54,588 nt of DNA. Source: Trichomonas gallinae. Lineage: Eukaryota. Both the position numbers and the translations under genes were made by a program. The stretch lies in the NCBI GenBank assembly GCA_008369845.1, contig MRSU01004254.1, positions 1-54,588 of the forward strand. Reading direction: 5' to 3'. Shown here piece by piece: positions 41,295-52,298 of the stretch (position 1 is the stretch's first letter; every line of letters begins with the position of its first letter). The notes beneath the pieces were generated by a model. It ran no database searches. It saw only the letters and a program-made list of their open reading frames with translations, and had not been told where the DNA came from.

Positions 41295-42863
41295 TTAGTC
41301 TTCGTACTCGTAAACTACCTCTTCTTCCTCCTCCTCTTCCTCTTCATATGTGTATTCCTCTTCCTCATCTTCCTTCTTCACTTCCTCAACTTCAGATTTA
41401 TGGCTTTCCTCAGGAATTGGAGCAACAGAAGAGCTCTCGCTTGCCTTGATAGAAGACTGCTGCTTAGCATCAGCATCAGAGTGAACTGAGCTGTTGTCGC
41501 TCTTTCCAGACTTATATGAATTCTTTGCAACAGAAGAATTGTCACTTTTTGCCACGGAGGAGTTGTCACTTTTCGCTATTGAATTATCTGATTTCTTTAT
41601 TGAGCTGTTGTTGCTCTTTGGGGACATCATTGATGATGCTGCGTATGAAGATCCCTGGTTGGAGGAGAGCTGCGACATCTGTTGGAGCAATAATTGTTGC
41701 TGATCTTGCATAAGGACGACTTGTTCGACTAATTGTGCTTTAGTGAGAGACTGGAGCTGTGCTTGGCGCTCAATCTGTGAAGAAAGTGGCATTTGCTGCG
41801 GCATTGGTGGAGCTGGATAATTTGGATTCTCAGCGAGCAGTCTCTTGATTCTCTCGTCAAACGGGCACTTGCGGATAAGTGATTCCTCCTTCTCTGGATG
41901 CTCTAAAGCGTCCCATGTAGATTCTGGTTCCATTGTTGGGTCGTAGATCTTTGGAATGTTGTGGTGCGGTGTTCCGAGTGGGCCGCTTGGTGATGGCGGT
42001 GGAAGATTCGAGATAATCTGGATCGGATTGTATTCGCTTGAAGAATCTTTTCTGCGCTGAGAGTATTTGTGAGATGATGCGCTGCTTGCTGCACTTGGAA
42101 CATAGCGAGATGATACACGTTGTGGCGTGGCGATTTGCGAAGCTTTATCTTTTGGCAATCCGTAATGTGCGTCAGCGATGTGTGCTTCTGGTATTTCTGG
42201 CTCGAGCTGTGTGAAAATGTTCTCCTGCTCTTCGTAATACTTGGTTAAACCGCGTCCGTAGCCTTCTCTGTGATGGCGGTGATGATGGTGGCCTTTTCGT
42301 GAGTGGTGGCTATGCCGGCCCTCCTGAGAAACTGAGAGTGGGTCGACATCATTAGTTGTAAGAGCTCTTTCTTGTTGAAGATCAGATTTGCTAATTCTTT
42401 TAATGGCATCTGGCCTGTTTAAGACTTCATGTGGATTTTCAATGATGTTGCCTTGTGAATCCTTCTTAACGCGAACGTGTAAATGCGGGCGTTTTTCGGT
42501 TTCGCTTTCTACTGTCGTTGTGTGATTTTGAGGGCAAATTTCTTCGACGAGTTGTGGAACAATTGGCATGGAGTCGTCCAAGCGGAGTCTTCTGCCGAGC
42601 CAAGCGTTATCATGGCGAACTCTGATATTATTTTCGGATTCGGCCTCCAAAATATTGCAGGCGTTCTCCATTCCATGCGATGAAATGAATTGTGTAACAA
42701 TTTCCTGAGCAATTCGCTCAGCAACGGAATCAATTGGTTTTTTGATTGGAACTATTTGAGATTGGCAGTTGTTAGCGATTGCTGTGGCGATGGAGTTCAT
42801 GTATATCGCTCTGACGCGCTTTTGGCCTTCGATGTCTTCAAAGTCCGGCGGAATGTTGCTCAT
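41295..42863 (-). CDS. LisH-like N-terminal protein with His-rich, Pro-rich and KSDNSS(V/I)A-repeat regions and an acidic Tyr/Glu tail
   Basis: AQEIVTQFISSHGMENACNILEAES has LisH spacing; 24-nt coding repeats at ~41480-41610; tail EEEEYTYEEEEEEEEEVVYEYED. Confidence 0.8.
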   Translation of the reverse strand: MSNIPPDFEDIEGQKRVRAIYMNSIATAIANNCQSQIVPIKKPIDSVAERIAQEIVTQFISSHGMENACNILEAESENNIRVRHDNAWLGRRLRLDDSMPIVPQLVEEICPQNHTTTVESETEKRPHLHVRVKKDSQGNIIENPHEVLNRPDAIKRISKSDLQQERALTTNDVDPLSVSQEGRHSHHSRKGHHHHRHHREGYGRGLTKYYEEQENIFTQLEPEIPEAHIADAHYGLPKDKASQIATPQRVSSRYVPSAASSASSHKYSQRRKDSSSEYNPIQIISNLPPPSPSGPLGTPHHNIPKIYDPTMEPESTWDALEHPEKEESLIRKCPFDERIKRLLAENPNYPAPPMPQQMPLSSQIERQAQLQSLTKAQLVEQVVLMQDQQQLLLQQMSQLSSNQGSSYAASSMMSPKSNNSSIKKSDNSIAKSDNSSVAKSDNSSVAKNSYKSGKSDNSSVHSDADAKQQSSIKASESSSVAPIPEESHKSEVEEVKKEDEEEEYTYEEEEEEEEEVVYEYED

Positions 42864-43551
42864 GAAGACGTTTGAGGAGAAAAAAAAATTTTTTTTTAGA
42901 AGTTTACAAAACTTTGTGCGTTATGCTTACAATTCTGAGTTTTCTGTGTGAATTACGCATTTTTATGACTATTATTTGCTGAATTTTTAATTATAAGGCT
43001 GAATATCAATTTTAACGAAATTTGCTTTGTAAAATTTATTTTTGGTATGTAAAAAATTTCAAATATTCTCAATAAGGTCCTGTCTTATTGTTGCAACTAT
43101 AGAACTACTGGATATGAATCTAGGAATTGTGAAAATTTGAGAAATTTCCAAATTTCCATGTGCATTTTAATAATCTACAGTAATAATGTTTAAAACAGAA
43201 AATATTCAATTCCTTTGACAGTCAACTATATGTTTTTGTGATATATTTGTGGAAATTCAACGTGGATTAGGAATAAAAAAAATAAGATTAGATTTTACAA
43301 TGAGATGTGAAAATTGCTGCGTTTTAGGTGAGTAATAAAATTATAAAGGAAAATTCATTTGGATAATTGATATATTTTGACAAAACCGTAGATAAATTTG
43401 TGATTGAACTGGAAACCAGAATGTTCGCAACATCAAAATGTGATGAATTGAACATTCACCAACATCTCGATTTTGACAAAGATTTTAGATTTCAAAGAAC
43501 TAATACAAATTTATGAGATTGTCAAATACAACTTATGAAAAAGCATTAAAA

Positions 43552-44889
43552 ATGTTATTGCAGGCTATATTATGCGTGTTGCAAAGTCCACTCACTATAG
43601 TACCCTTTAATTTTGATCCAATTACCCTGATTTATCCTGATGTTACAGAAAGAAATGTTTCATTTGATTTCACAGTCGATGAAAATATTTGTCAAGGAGT
43701 ATTATTCAAAACCTGGAATATATTTACAAACACTCAAGTTGTTTTTGAAGACAATATAATACCACAGAATGGAAAGATACACATTAAATTCAAAGGTAGT
43801 TTTAAGATTGACAATATTAGAGATATTGGGCAATTAAACTATTATCCATATGTGTGTGGGAATCCTTATCTTGAATACAGAATCACATACTTTGTTATTT
43901 ATAGACCGAATATCACAATATCAGTTGATTCAAACAATTTAAGAAGAGATAGAGAAATGATGATCAATGGAAATGTTTCCGATTGGGATTCTACTAAATT
44001 AACAATCGAAGCATTGCTTAATGATCAATTTGTAACAAAAATTCTAATTGAAAAAGAAATATCATCAGCTGCAGTACCATTTTCAATTTGCATTCCATTA
44101 AAAGCTGCAAAACTGAAAGAAAACATTATTAAAATCATTGTTACAGATGATCAAGGACTTTCATCAAATATCACAAAAAAGATCTACCTAAAAGGAGTAA
44201 ATCCAGATCTATCATTTCCGAACAATACGAAAAATGCATCGAACATCACAAACAATAGGATATCTATTAATCTTTCTGTTGATGAAATTGATCTAACTGA
44301 CTCTTTGGAATTTCATTATTCAATCGATTACCTAAATTTATGGCATTTAATCATGGGCCTAAAGTTGACAAGACAGAACCAACTTCCACTTGGAGTTGAG
44401 CTTAACTTTTCTCCACGACTCAATGAAGGAAAACATTCAATATATTTGAAATGCATTGATAGCAATGGATTAGAATCAAAAATCTATCTTGTAAAACAAG
44501 TTTCAATTCAAAAGTCCGCAACAAATCCTGATCATCCAGATACTGATGTAAATACCTCAAGAGAAGATGTTAATATTTCCAACATAGAGAAAACAAATAC
44601 TCCAACCTCCAAAGCTAAAATAAAGTTCGGGAAGTCTGAATATTTAATGATTGCATCAGGAGGGCTTATCGGATTAGTGATTTCATCTCTGATCGTCTAC
44701 TTATATTTGAAATATTGTTCTAAAAAACAACACAGGCATGCTTGTTACTCTGATCATTCTGATTTCTTCATTGGATATGAAGCTAGAGTTGATGTTGGAA
44801 AACAAGTTGAAAAACTTTACGATCCAAACAATACAACCTTCAAATTTTACATCCCAGATGCCGATAATAAGATGAGTTCCCACTACTAA
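43552..44889 (+). CDS. Type I surface protein with Ig/cadherin-like (Bap-like) beta-sandwich repeats
   Basis: Leader MLLQAILCVL (AAAATG at 43552; alternative ATG 43513); repeat ends IIVTDDQGLSS and LKCIDSNGLES; S/T stalk; TM IASGGLIGLVISSLIVYLYL; Tyr-containing tail. Confidence 0.8.
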   Translation: MLLQAILCVLQSPLTIVPFNFDPITLIYPDVTERNVSFDFTVDENICQGVLFKTWNIFTNTQVVFEDNIIPQNGKIHIKFKGSFKIDNIRDIGQLNYYPYVCGNPYLEYRITYFVIYRPNITISVDSNNLRRDREMMINGNVSDWDSTKLTIEALLNDQFVTKILIEKEISSAAVPFSICIPLKAAKLKENIIKIIVTDDQGLSSNITKKIYLKGVNPDLSFPNNTKNASNITNNRISINLSVDEIDLTDSLEFHYSIDYLNLWHLIMGLKLTRQNQLPLGVELNFSPRLNEGKHSIYLKCIDSNGLESKIYLVKQVSIQKSATNPDHPDTDVNTSREDVNISNIEKTNTPTSKAKIKFGKSEYLMIASGGLIGLVISSLIVYLYLKYCSKKQHRHACYSDHSDFFIGYEARVDVGKQVEKLYDPNNTTFKFYIPDADNKMSSHY

Positions 44890-45240
44890 TGTCTTGGTTT
44901 TGTTTGTTATGATAGCATTAAAGGTTATCATGAACTTTCAAAATCGGATCCACTCTTAATTTTTGTCATGAAATTTCAGAGAGTTGTCAAGGAATTTCTG
45001 ATTTCGGATCAGATGATTTCTGAAATCTGTCAAGAAATTTCAGAAGGACAGTAGCCACTTTTACTACCACCAATTATAACTCAACAAATGAGCCAATACT
45101 TAAATATGAATAACATACAGTAGAATTCTATTACTAATGTTGAGTGATTCTTCAATCTAAAATTTCAATGCAAAAAAAAAATTTATAACTAAATAAACCA
45201 AATAATGAATAACAATACAATTTTATTATTATGAAAAACA

Positions 45241-48200
45241 TTATGAGTATAAGTGTGAAGCATACTGAAGTTCTGCGACTGAATCCGAAATCGAAGGGAC
45301 GAAAATTGGTCTCAAGTAGATAAAAATCATATCTATGATAATAATCGTGCCGACGACAAAAGGAATCGAGAACCAGATTCTCGGTAATGAGAATATAATG
45401 GACAAAATGTCTGTCAGTGATGGATCCAAGTAAGAGTAAACGAATTCAATTAATCCATAAGCGACAACGCAAAGAGCATAGAGAATGACGTGGACGATTG
45501 TAATTGTTTTGAATCTGACAATCAACTCGAAAGTGAAGACGAACAAAAGAGTCCAACCTGAAATCTGTGTGAAAACTGTGAGATCGAATGTCTGCGAGTC
45601 GCTGCCAAGCAAAACAGACGAACTCTCGAAGTAAGAGTAGAAGAAAATCAACGCTGAGTGGAAGAAAGCCAAAAAGTACCACATGATGACGTTTCCGAGA
45701 CTCAAGCCTCCTTTTAGCTGAGTTTCCAAGTAAACCTGTGGAACAGCCAACACATATTTCGCTGTAACATCTTCTTCGAATATGCAAATGAAGAATAGCT
45801 GTGGAATTGTCAAAATCGTGTTGTACATTGATATATATCCACTGTCCAAAGCAGATGTCGCCGAGAAACCGTTGAAGAATCCGTAGTATATCTGCAGCAA
45901 AGCCATCATTGTGTTCTTGTAGAATGTAAGCAAGATCAGCAATGCGCATCTGTTGCAGCACCACCTTCCGTGGACAATCAAAAGCTTTCCGACGTGTTTG
46001 AAAGAAGGAATAGAAAAGTCTGAGCTCATAACAGCTTCTGATCCCTCTCTTCCTTCAACACCGACGCCAACATTCGCCGCTCTCAGCATGTCGACGTCAT
46101 TCGAGCCGTCACCGATTGCCAAGGCGCATTTGTTTGGATGTAAATGCATGAAGTTTCTCACAATGTTACCTTTTTGACATGGTTCGCATCTCGCGCAGAC
46201 AACAGAGACGCACTGCTGCGCGTACATGTAGAACTCCTTGAGAAGATCGCCTCCTTCGTCTAGAAGCTTTGTTATGTTGATTCCATCAATCGCTATGACA
46301 GTTTTTGCGAGATTTAGATTATTCAGTACAGAATAGTGTCTTTCTATGTCTTCCCATGAAAGAACAACGATTTTGTGTGTTTTGTGAACCAATCCACTTG
46401 TTTGCGCGATGCTTATTGCTGTATCCAGTTTATCTCCAGTCAACATCCAAACTTTTATGTTTGCTGACCTCAAACGCTGAAGTGTCAGTGCCACATCATC
46501 CTGTAGTTCATCATCCACACCACTGAATCCGAAAACTTCAAGGCCAAGCTCAGATTCATCTGCGAGACTTTCCATTGCTTGGTCTCTGCCTTCAATCATT
46601 GCTTTAATCTCTTCGTATTTTTCAAACATCTCCTTATCTTCGTCAGTTATTGCTCGTCTCGCGTATGTAAGTGTTCTTAATCCTGCATCTGTAATATCGT
46701 CAAGTGATTTGAGGAAATCTGGATGATAGTCACCACGAGGAAGAACTGTGCTATCTGCTCCTTTAACATACATCGTTAACGGGCCTTTTTCTTCGCCAGC
46801 AATCACAGACATCCTCTTTCTCTTTGAGTTGAAGTCAAAAACAATCGGACGCCTAAAAACTGTCAGCTTTCCATCAATAATAACCGAAACAGAATTGTTG
46901 CTTGTCGAATAAAGAATATATCCGCATTCTCTTGCGAAATGCAACAAAGCGATTTCATCCGGAGAACCTGTCTGATATGAGATCAAATAAGGGAATTTAG
47001 CGACAATTTCGGCTGGTGGCAGATCTAATGGAAATTCGAAATCTGGAAATTGCTGTTTGATTTCTTCTATCTTGTAATATGTTGAGTTTGACAGTGTTTG
47101 AGCTCCATTACATAAAACAATCGTCAAAAGGAAGTCTCTCACGTCTTTTTCTTCGATATTTTCTTTCATCCATCTTATGCAATCATCAGGGACTGAAACA
47201 AGACGCTCTGAGTTTGGTGGAACAGAGCACAAGTTGATTATTGGCTTAGTTGAGATTTTCTTCTTCGATCGATCAACGCCAAATAAAATATTCTGAAAAG
47301 CGACTGATTTGAACGTCATCTGGTTCTTCGTCAGTGTCCCTGTCTTATCAGAGAACATATGAGTGACTCTGCCGATCGAAGAAACGAGATCAGAATTTCT
47401 GCAAACAGATCCTCTGTCTCCATCCTGCATCGACTTGTCGTAGGTGATCGTTTGTGCGAGGAAGAAGCGAACAAGGTCCAAGGACGAATAAACAGATGAT
47501 GGAATAATATGATTGATAATTAAAAGCCAGGAGAAAACCTGCCAGAAGTAGTTGATATTAGGCATCGATTCCAGTCGCAAATAATTGGAATCCATGTGAT
47601 TTTTCGTCCAAAAATAATTTCCAAGTGTCATAGAGACGCAAACGATAGCTAAGAAGGTAGACAAGGCTATAACCATCTTGTCGAGGAAAAAGTCGAGTTC
47701 GGTGAACTTAAAATGCGGTTTTGCAGCGTTTAAAATCGTTTTTGTTTCTTTTCCTGTGTAAACGACAACTCCGACCGCGAAAGCAGTCTTCCTGAGGACA
47801 CAGCCTCTCGGCACGAAGTAATTTAAATCAATTGGATATGTTTCGTTATTTGCGATGATTTTTCCGGAAAATTCAGTCAAACCAGGAGTTGGTTTGGAAA
47901 CATGTATTTCTAAGTTCGATTTATGTAAGTTATGAGGCACAGAATATCGGAATTTTAAGTTTGTTTCGCCATCTAAAGCCATTGTTTCAATTCTGCTTCT
48001 TCCGTCCGAAGAGTGGGCAAAAAGCATGACTACATCAGCTGGAAATGTCATATCATTCTCCAGATAGATCAAATCTCCAACACAGAGGTTTTGCCACTCT
48101 TTGTCGATAATTGAACCGTCTCGATATAGAACTTTTGCGATTTGTGTATTTATTCGATGGTCTGCTCTGTGTTTCTTGTAGTCTTCATACGCTGCTTTGA

Positions 48201-48465
48201 TTGCTGTAATAGATAACATAAAAATTACGGACATCCAGCCAGAAAACGGATCAAGCTGTGATATCTGTGGTACTGTCTGTATAACGGCGCAGAATACGAA
48301 GTAGATATTCGCAAATCTATGGAATTGTTCCCACAATGTTAAAAATATGAAGTTCCACCAATGGTAACGACTAGTTACGATCCTGTTTTCCATTGGTTTT
48401 GGGTTTGGATTCGGTGAATATATGACTCTCGTGCCTTCATCTTCAGAAGAAGAAGAATCCAGCAT
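45241..48465 (-). CDS. P4-type ATPase (phospholipid flippase)
   Basis: EQFHRFANIYF, LDGETNLK, FSDKTGTLT, SPDEIAL, FNSKRKRMS, KGAD, WMLTGDK, AIGDGSND, LLIVHGRW, FYKN. Confidence 0.97.
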   Translation of the reverse strand: MLDSSSSEDEGTRVIYSPNPNPKPMENRIVTSRYHWWNFIFLTLWEQFHRFANIYFVFCAVIQTVPQISQLDPFSGWMSVIFMLSITAIKAAYEDYKKHRADHRINTQIAKVLYRDGSIIDKEWQNLCVGDLIYLENDMTFPADVVMLFAHSSDGRSRIETMALDGETNLKFRYSVPHNLHKSNLEIHVSKPTPGLTEFSGKIIANNETYPIDLNYFVPRGCVLRKTAFAVGVVVYTGKETKTILNAAKPHFKFTELDFFLDKMVIALSTFLAIVCVSMTLGNYFWTKNHMDSNYLRLESMPNINYFWQVFSWLLIINHIIPSSVYSSLDLVRFFLAQTITYDKSMQDGDRGSVCRNSDLVSSIGRVTHMFSDKTGTLTKNQMTFKSVAFQNILFGVDRSKKKISTKPIINLCSVPPNSERLVSVPDDCIRWMKENIEEKDVRDFLLTIVLCNGAQTLSNSTYYKIEEIKQQFPDFEFPLDLPPAEIVAKFPYLISYQTGSPDEIALLHFARECGYILYSTSNNSVSVIIDGKLTVFRRPIVFDFNSKRKRMSVIAGEEKGPLTMYVKGADSTVLPRGDYHPDFLKSLDDITDAGLRTLTYARRAITDEDKEMFEKYEEIKAMIEGRDQAMESLADESELGLEVFGFSGVDDELQDDVALTLQRLRSANIKVWMLTGDKLDTAISIAQTSGLVHKTHKIVVLSWEDIERHYSVLNNLNLAKTVIAIDGINITKLLDEGGDLLKEFYMYAQQCVSVVCARCEPCQKGNIVRNFMHLHPNKCALAIGDGSNDVDMLRAANVGVGVEGREGSEAVMSSDFSIPSFKHVGKLLIVHGRWCCNRCALLILLTFYKNTMMALLQIYYGFFNGFSATSALDSGYISMYNTILTIPQLFFICIFEEDVTAKYVLAVPQVYLETQLKGGLSLGNVIMWYFLAFFHSALIFFYSYFESSSVLLGSDSQTFDLTVFTQISGWTLLFVFTFELIVRFKTITIVHVILYALCVVAYGLIEFVYSYLDPSLTDILSIIFSLPRIWFSIPFVVGTIIIIDMIFIYLRPIFVPSISDSVAELQYASHLYS

Positions 48466-50659
48466 TTAATAAATATTAAATGCAACTTTTTTGCTTCAAA
48501 AATCTTCATTTTTACAATGATATTTTTCTAGTTTTTATAGACAATTTTGGATTTTAACCAAATATATACATTCTAAAGCTACTTATATATCTATATCTAC
48601 AATATTAATGAAAAATATTGGTTCTAAGATGAATTTTGTCGTGTTTTCTTGTTGCGGTAGATGGATTGTTTGGAAAATGAAAAAAGTTGAATATAATGAT
48701 AATATACCATAAAAGAATATAATATAAAAAGATCATAAAAAAACGTGTTTTTATTGTAAACTTTACCTGTCAAAAATCTGATCGCTTGGAAATGACCCAT
48801 TTTGACATGATAAATGGATATAAATTCTATTAATGAGTATGATTTCATGATTGATTTTAAAAAACAGCATTTCTTATTGAACAGCTAATTTTTCCCTATG
48901 TGATATGGTTTTTGATATTTCACTGAAATATAAATTGGATTAAGTATATATTAAGATATATTAAGAGAAATAATAATTTAGATATTTTTACGACTCGATG
49001 ATTTTTTCTGATGCGCTATTATAGATATTGGACCTATATATTATCTACGTTCATGCATGTCAATATATATTTACGTATTTTCAAGATGTAGAAAGAGTTT
49101 ACAGGTTCTCGTGAGAGAGGATTAGAAATAAAAAAAAGGGCCATAAAAGATAAAATTGGGGTTACAAAAAAAATGACAGAAGTGATAGTCATCCTAAATG
49201 ATTTTCGAAAATTAAGCGATCATTTCTGATGTATTCTTATTTATAACCTTTAATATGTATTGTTTATCGGGTTTGAAGACATTTATATTTCTGAATCTAA
49301 ATTTTCCCAAATTTATTTAAGGTAATATCGCATTTTGTCCATATACACAAGTTTAATTGTCATACGGAAGGATGTTTCTCGAGTTATCCATAAATATGTT
49401 ATTTGGGAAAATTAAAAACAATAGCTATACATTATTATTCGATTTTGCATATGGATTCATATATTATATAGTATAGAGATATGAAAATATATGTTTAGAA
49501 GGTTTTACGTACCAGTTGGATTCTGAATGATCGAACAATTGGCTTAAAAACAGTCGAACTCTCATTATTAGGTAAATAATATATATAAATAATATGTATT
49601 ATATAGTCTCATGCATTTAATACTAGTTTGCAAAAGATTGTTCAATTAGAATTAACTTTTATATGATTCCTTGAAGCAATATTATAGTTAATAACATAGA
49701 GAACTGTTTGCTGTATCCATAAAACTGTATGTTTGAAATAATCGGGACAAATCATTTGGGAAGAAATTTTGTCGTGTAAATCATTCAAAAAATAATCATC
49801 AGAACTAAAAAATGGAGAGTTTAATAGATTAGCAGGATACAAAACTTAATTCTCGATGATAAAATTGATAACTGTAAATTCTTACAAAAATTAGGGATAA
49901 CTTTTGAGTTTCCTGCATTATTATGGAAAAATGGTAATATCTCAAACAATTCAGTATTGTCAAATTTTAGCAATATATAAAAAATAATCAACGATGTTTA
50001 CAAGGATGAATATAAAATCGATTTGACTTGTCAATATAGTTATTGCCATGATATGGCTTATGTTTACTGAGAAATAAAGGCATAAATGATAGTTTCAAGC
50101 AAATTGATTAAAAAAGGAATTATATAGTGAAATTATCGTGCATATTAATAGTTTTAGTATAAAATGGTAGCCCATTCATTTCTCAATCGATTTTTCACTA
50201 CTCCTTTTAATAATTTAAGCAAAACCGTTTTTCTAACAAAAATGAAAACGATGTTATTTCAAAAAATTGATATACTTAAACTTTTCTGAAAACTACGTTT
50301 AGGCAAAACATAGTTATTATGCTCCTGGACATGTTGTTTCATAGATTGCAAACTATAATTAAATTACTTTTCATAAAAATCGATTTAGCAATTTTTTATG
50401 CAATACATAGATGCAGGTAACTTGAGGAAAATCATAAAGCTAAAAATTGTTTATATTTCTTTTGATACAAAAATAGAATTTTTAAAATTCAGACGACCTC
50501 AGAAAAATCGTCGCTAAGCAACATTAAAGTGTAGTATATAGGAGCATTGTCAGCACGTTGAGGGTTCCATGATTTTTGTGAGGTTTGAATTAAACCGGAA
50601 AAAATTCTCAGAAAGTCATGAAATCTTGTTTTAAACAAAAAATCTAATCATTTTTATAG

Positions 50660-51223
50660 ATGTACGGAGGCGAACGTATGGTTTTCGACAAGATCCACAG
50701 ATACAGATTCACAGATGAAGAAGACAAGAGGCTCAAAGCTTTGGTTCGTAAACTTGGACCAGGCTGCTGGAATGAAATTGCTGCCCACATGCACCACAGA
50801 ACCCCACGACAGTGCAGAGATAGATGGAACCATTATATCTCTCCACATGCTGACAATTCGGAATGGAAAGAATCAGAGGATGCTTTGATCATCCAACAAC
50901 TTAAGACCTACGGTAAACAATGGACAAAGATCGCAAGGCATCTCCCAGGTAGAACTGCAGTTGCTGTCAGAAACAGAAGCTGCAAGCTCGCTCGCAGGAG
51001 TGGCACCGATCGTGAAATCAAGGAATTGCTCAAAAACGAATACATTAGGAAGGCAGATCGGTGCAACGAGGAGACAGTCTTTGACTGCATCCCAGAGCCA
51101 AAGCAGATCTCCGAGAAACCTCTCCTTCCACCATGCTACGAGTTGATGGAGATAATGAACATCCCCATCACTGATCCTTTAGCCAAGGAGTTGGGCTTCA
51201 ATGCCAGCATGGTCTTGGTTTAA
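50660..51223 (+). CDS. R2R3 Myb transcription factor
   Basis: FTDEEDKRL..WNEIA..RTPRQCRDRWNHY..WKESEDALI..YGKQWTKIARHLPGRT..VRNR; Inr-like TCATT upstream. Confidence 0.95.
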   Translation: MYGGERMVFDKIHRYRFTDEEDKRLKALVRKLGPGCWNEIAAHMHHRTPRQCRDRWNHYISPHADNSEWKESEDALIIQQLKTYGKQWTKIARHLPGRTAVAVRNRSCKLARRSGTDREIKELLKNEYIRKADRCNEETVFDCIPEPKQISEKPLLPPCYELMEIMNIPITDPLAKELGFNASMVLV

Positions 51224-52298
51224 TTCACCAATTAATATGTATTCACCTGTTTTATAAATACTAAATATTATGTCTTAAAATCAAATTACTTCATAACTAA
51301 TACAAACTCTTTCTTATTTGTATTAGACTTTAAATATCAGCAAAAAAGCTTTAACCAATTTATCAAATAAATATCGTTGACTAATTCAATATACAGGTCG
51401 TTTGATTATGTTAAACTTACAGCCATTAAATCGATGCTAAGTCTGCGCTCTTATAATGTCCGGCCTATTAGGTTTCTCTCAAATTATGTCATCGCTTCAA
51501 ACCAATTCAGGGATTTGATACAAGCTGAACCCACTGTGCGAGTTAATGAGGTAAAGAAAGTAGTTTTTACGTTTCATTCAAGAGTCTGACGTTCGCATAT
51601 TTTTGAGGGTTTGAACTTGACATTTTAACATAATAAATAGCTTTATTTTGATATATTTAATAAAATTTATGCAACAAAAATCCCCAATATTCTTTATCAA
51701 ACGAGATATAAAAAATAAATTTGAGATTTTTGCATAATAATAATCTGGATATGATATACTAACCACATCTCTGATTTTCATAAAAACATATTTTTTATCT
51801 ACACCTAATAATATCTATAATCTTTACGAGAATTTGCTTGAAAAAAGGCCAAAAATCAGACGTTCAAAATTTTAAAATCACAGGAACGTATTGATATTAG
51901 GTGTAAAAGCGAAATACAAAAATTCATGAATAAAACTAGTGTCAGCTTTGGAAAATGATTCATCAACCGATATATTAATTCCAATTAATACAAAATACCT
52001 GGTAATAAGCCGGAAGCATGACCATAGTAGCAAAATCGGTCAATTAATATTCTTCTCGGCAATAATTTTATTTTTTAAAAGGTCTTGAAATTCCATATAT
52101 AGCTACAGTAGTACTTTATTTTAAAACACTGACATAGAAGTGTTTTGCAGCTATAATATAATATTCTGGTTCAATTTTTGTGTTAAAACACAAAAAATAA
52201 GCAATTATTTTACACAATTTGTCAATTCAATACAGGCTATAATATTTATAGGTTGTGAATAAGCCGGCGCTGGTCAAAATTCCAAAAAACAACAATTT

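Noticed and set aside
31679..48465. Functional linkage of Piezo and the P4 flippase (PS flipping regulates mammalian PIEZO1)
   Set aside because: They are separated by three unrelated genes, and neighbourhood is weak evidence in a eukaryote without operons.
51377..51781. Two short ORFs downstream of the Myb gene
   Set aside because: No recognisable product and weak start context.
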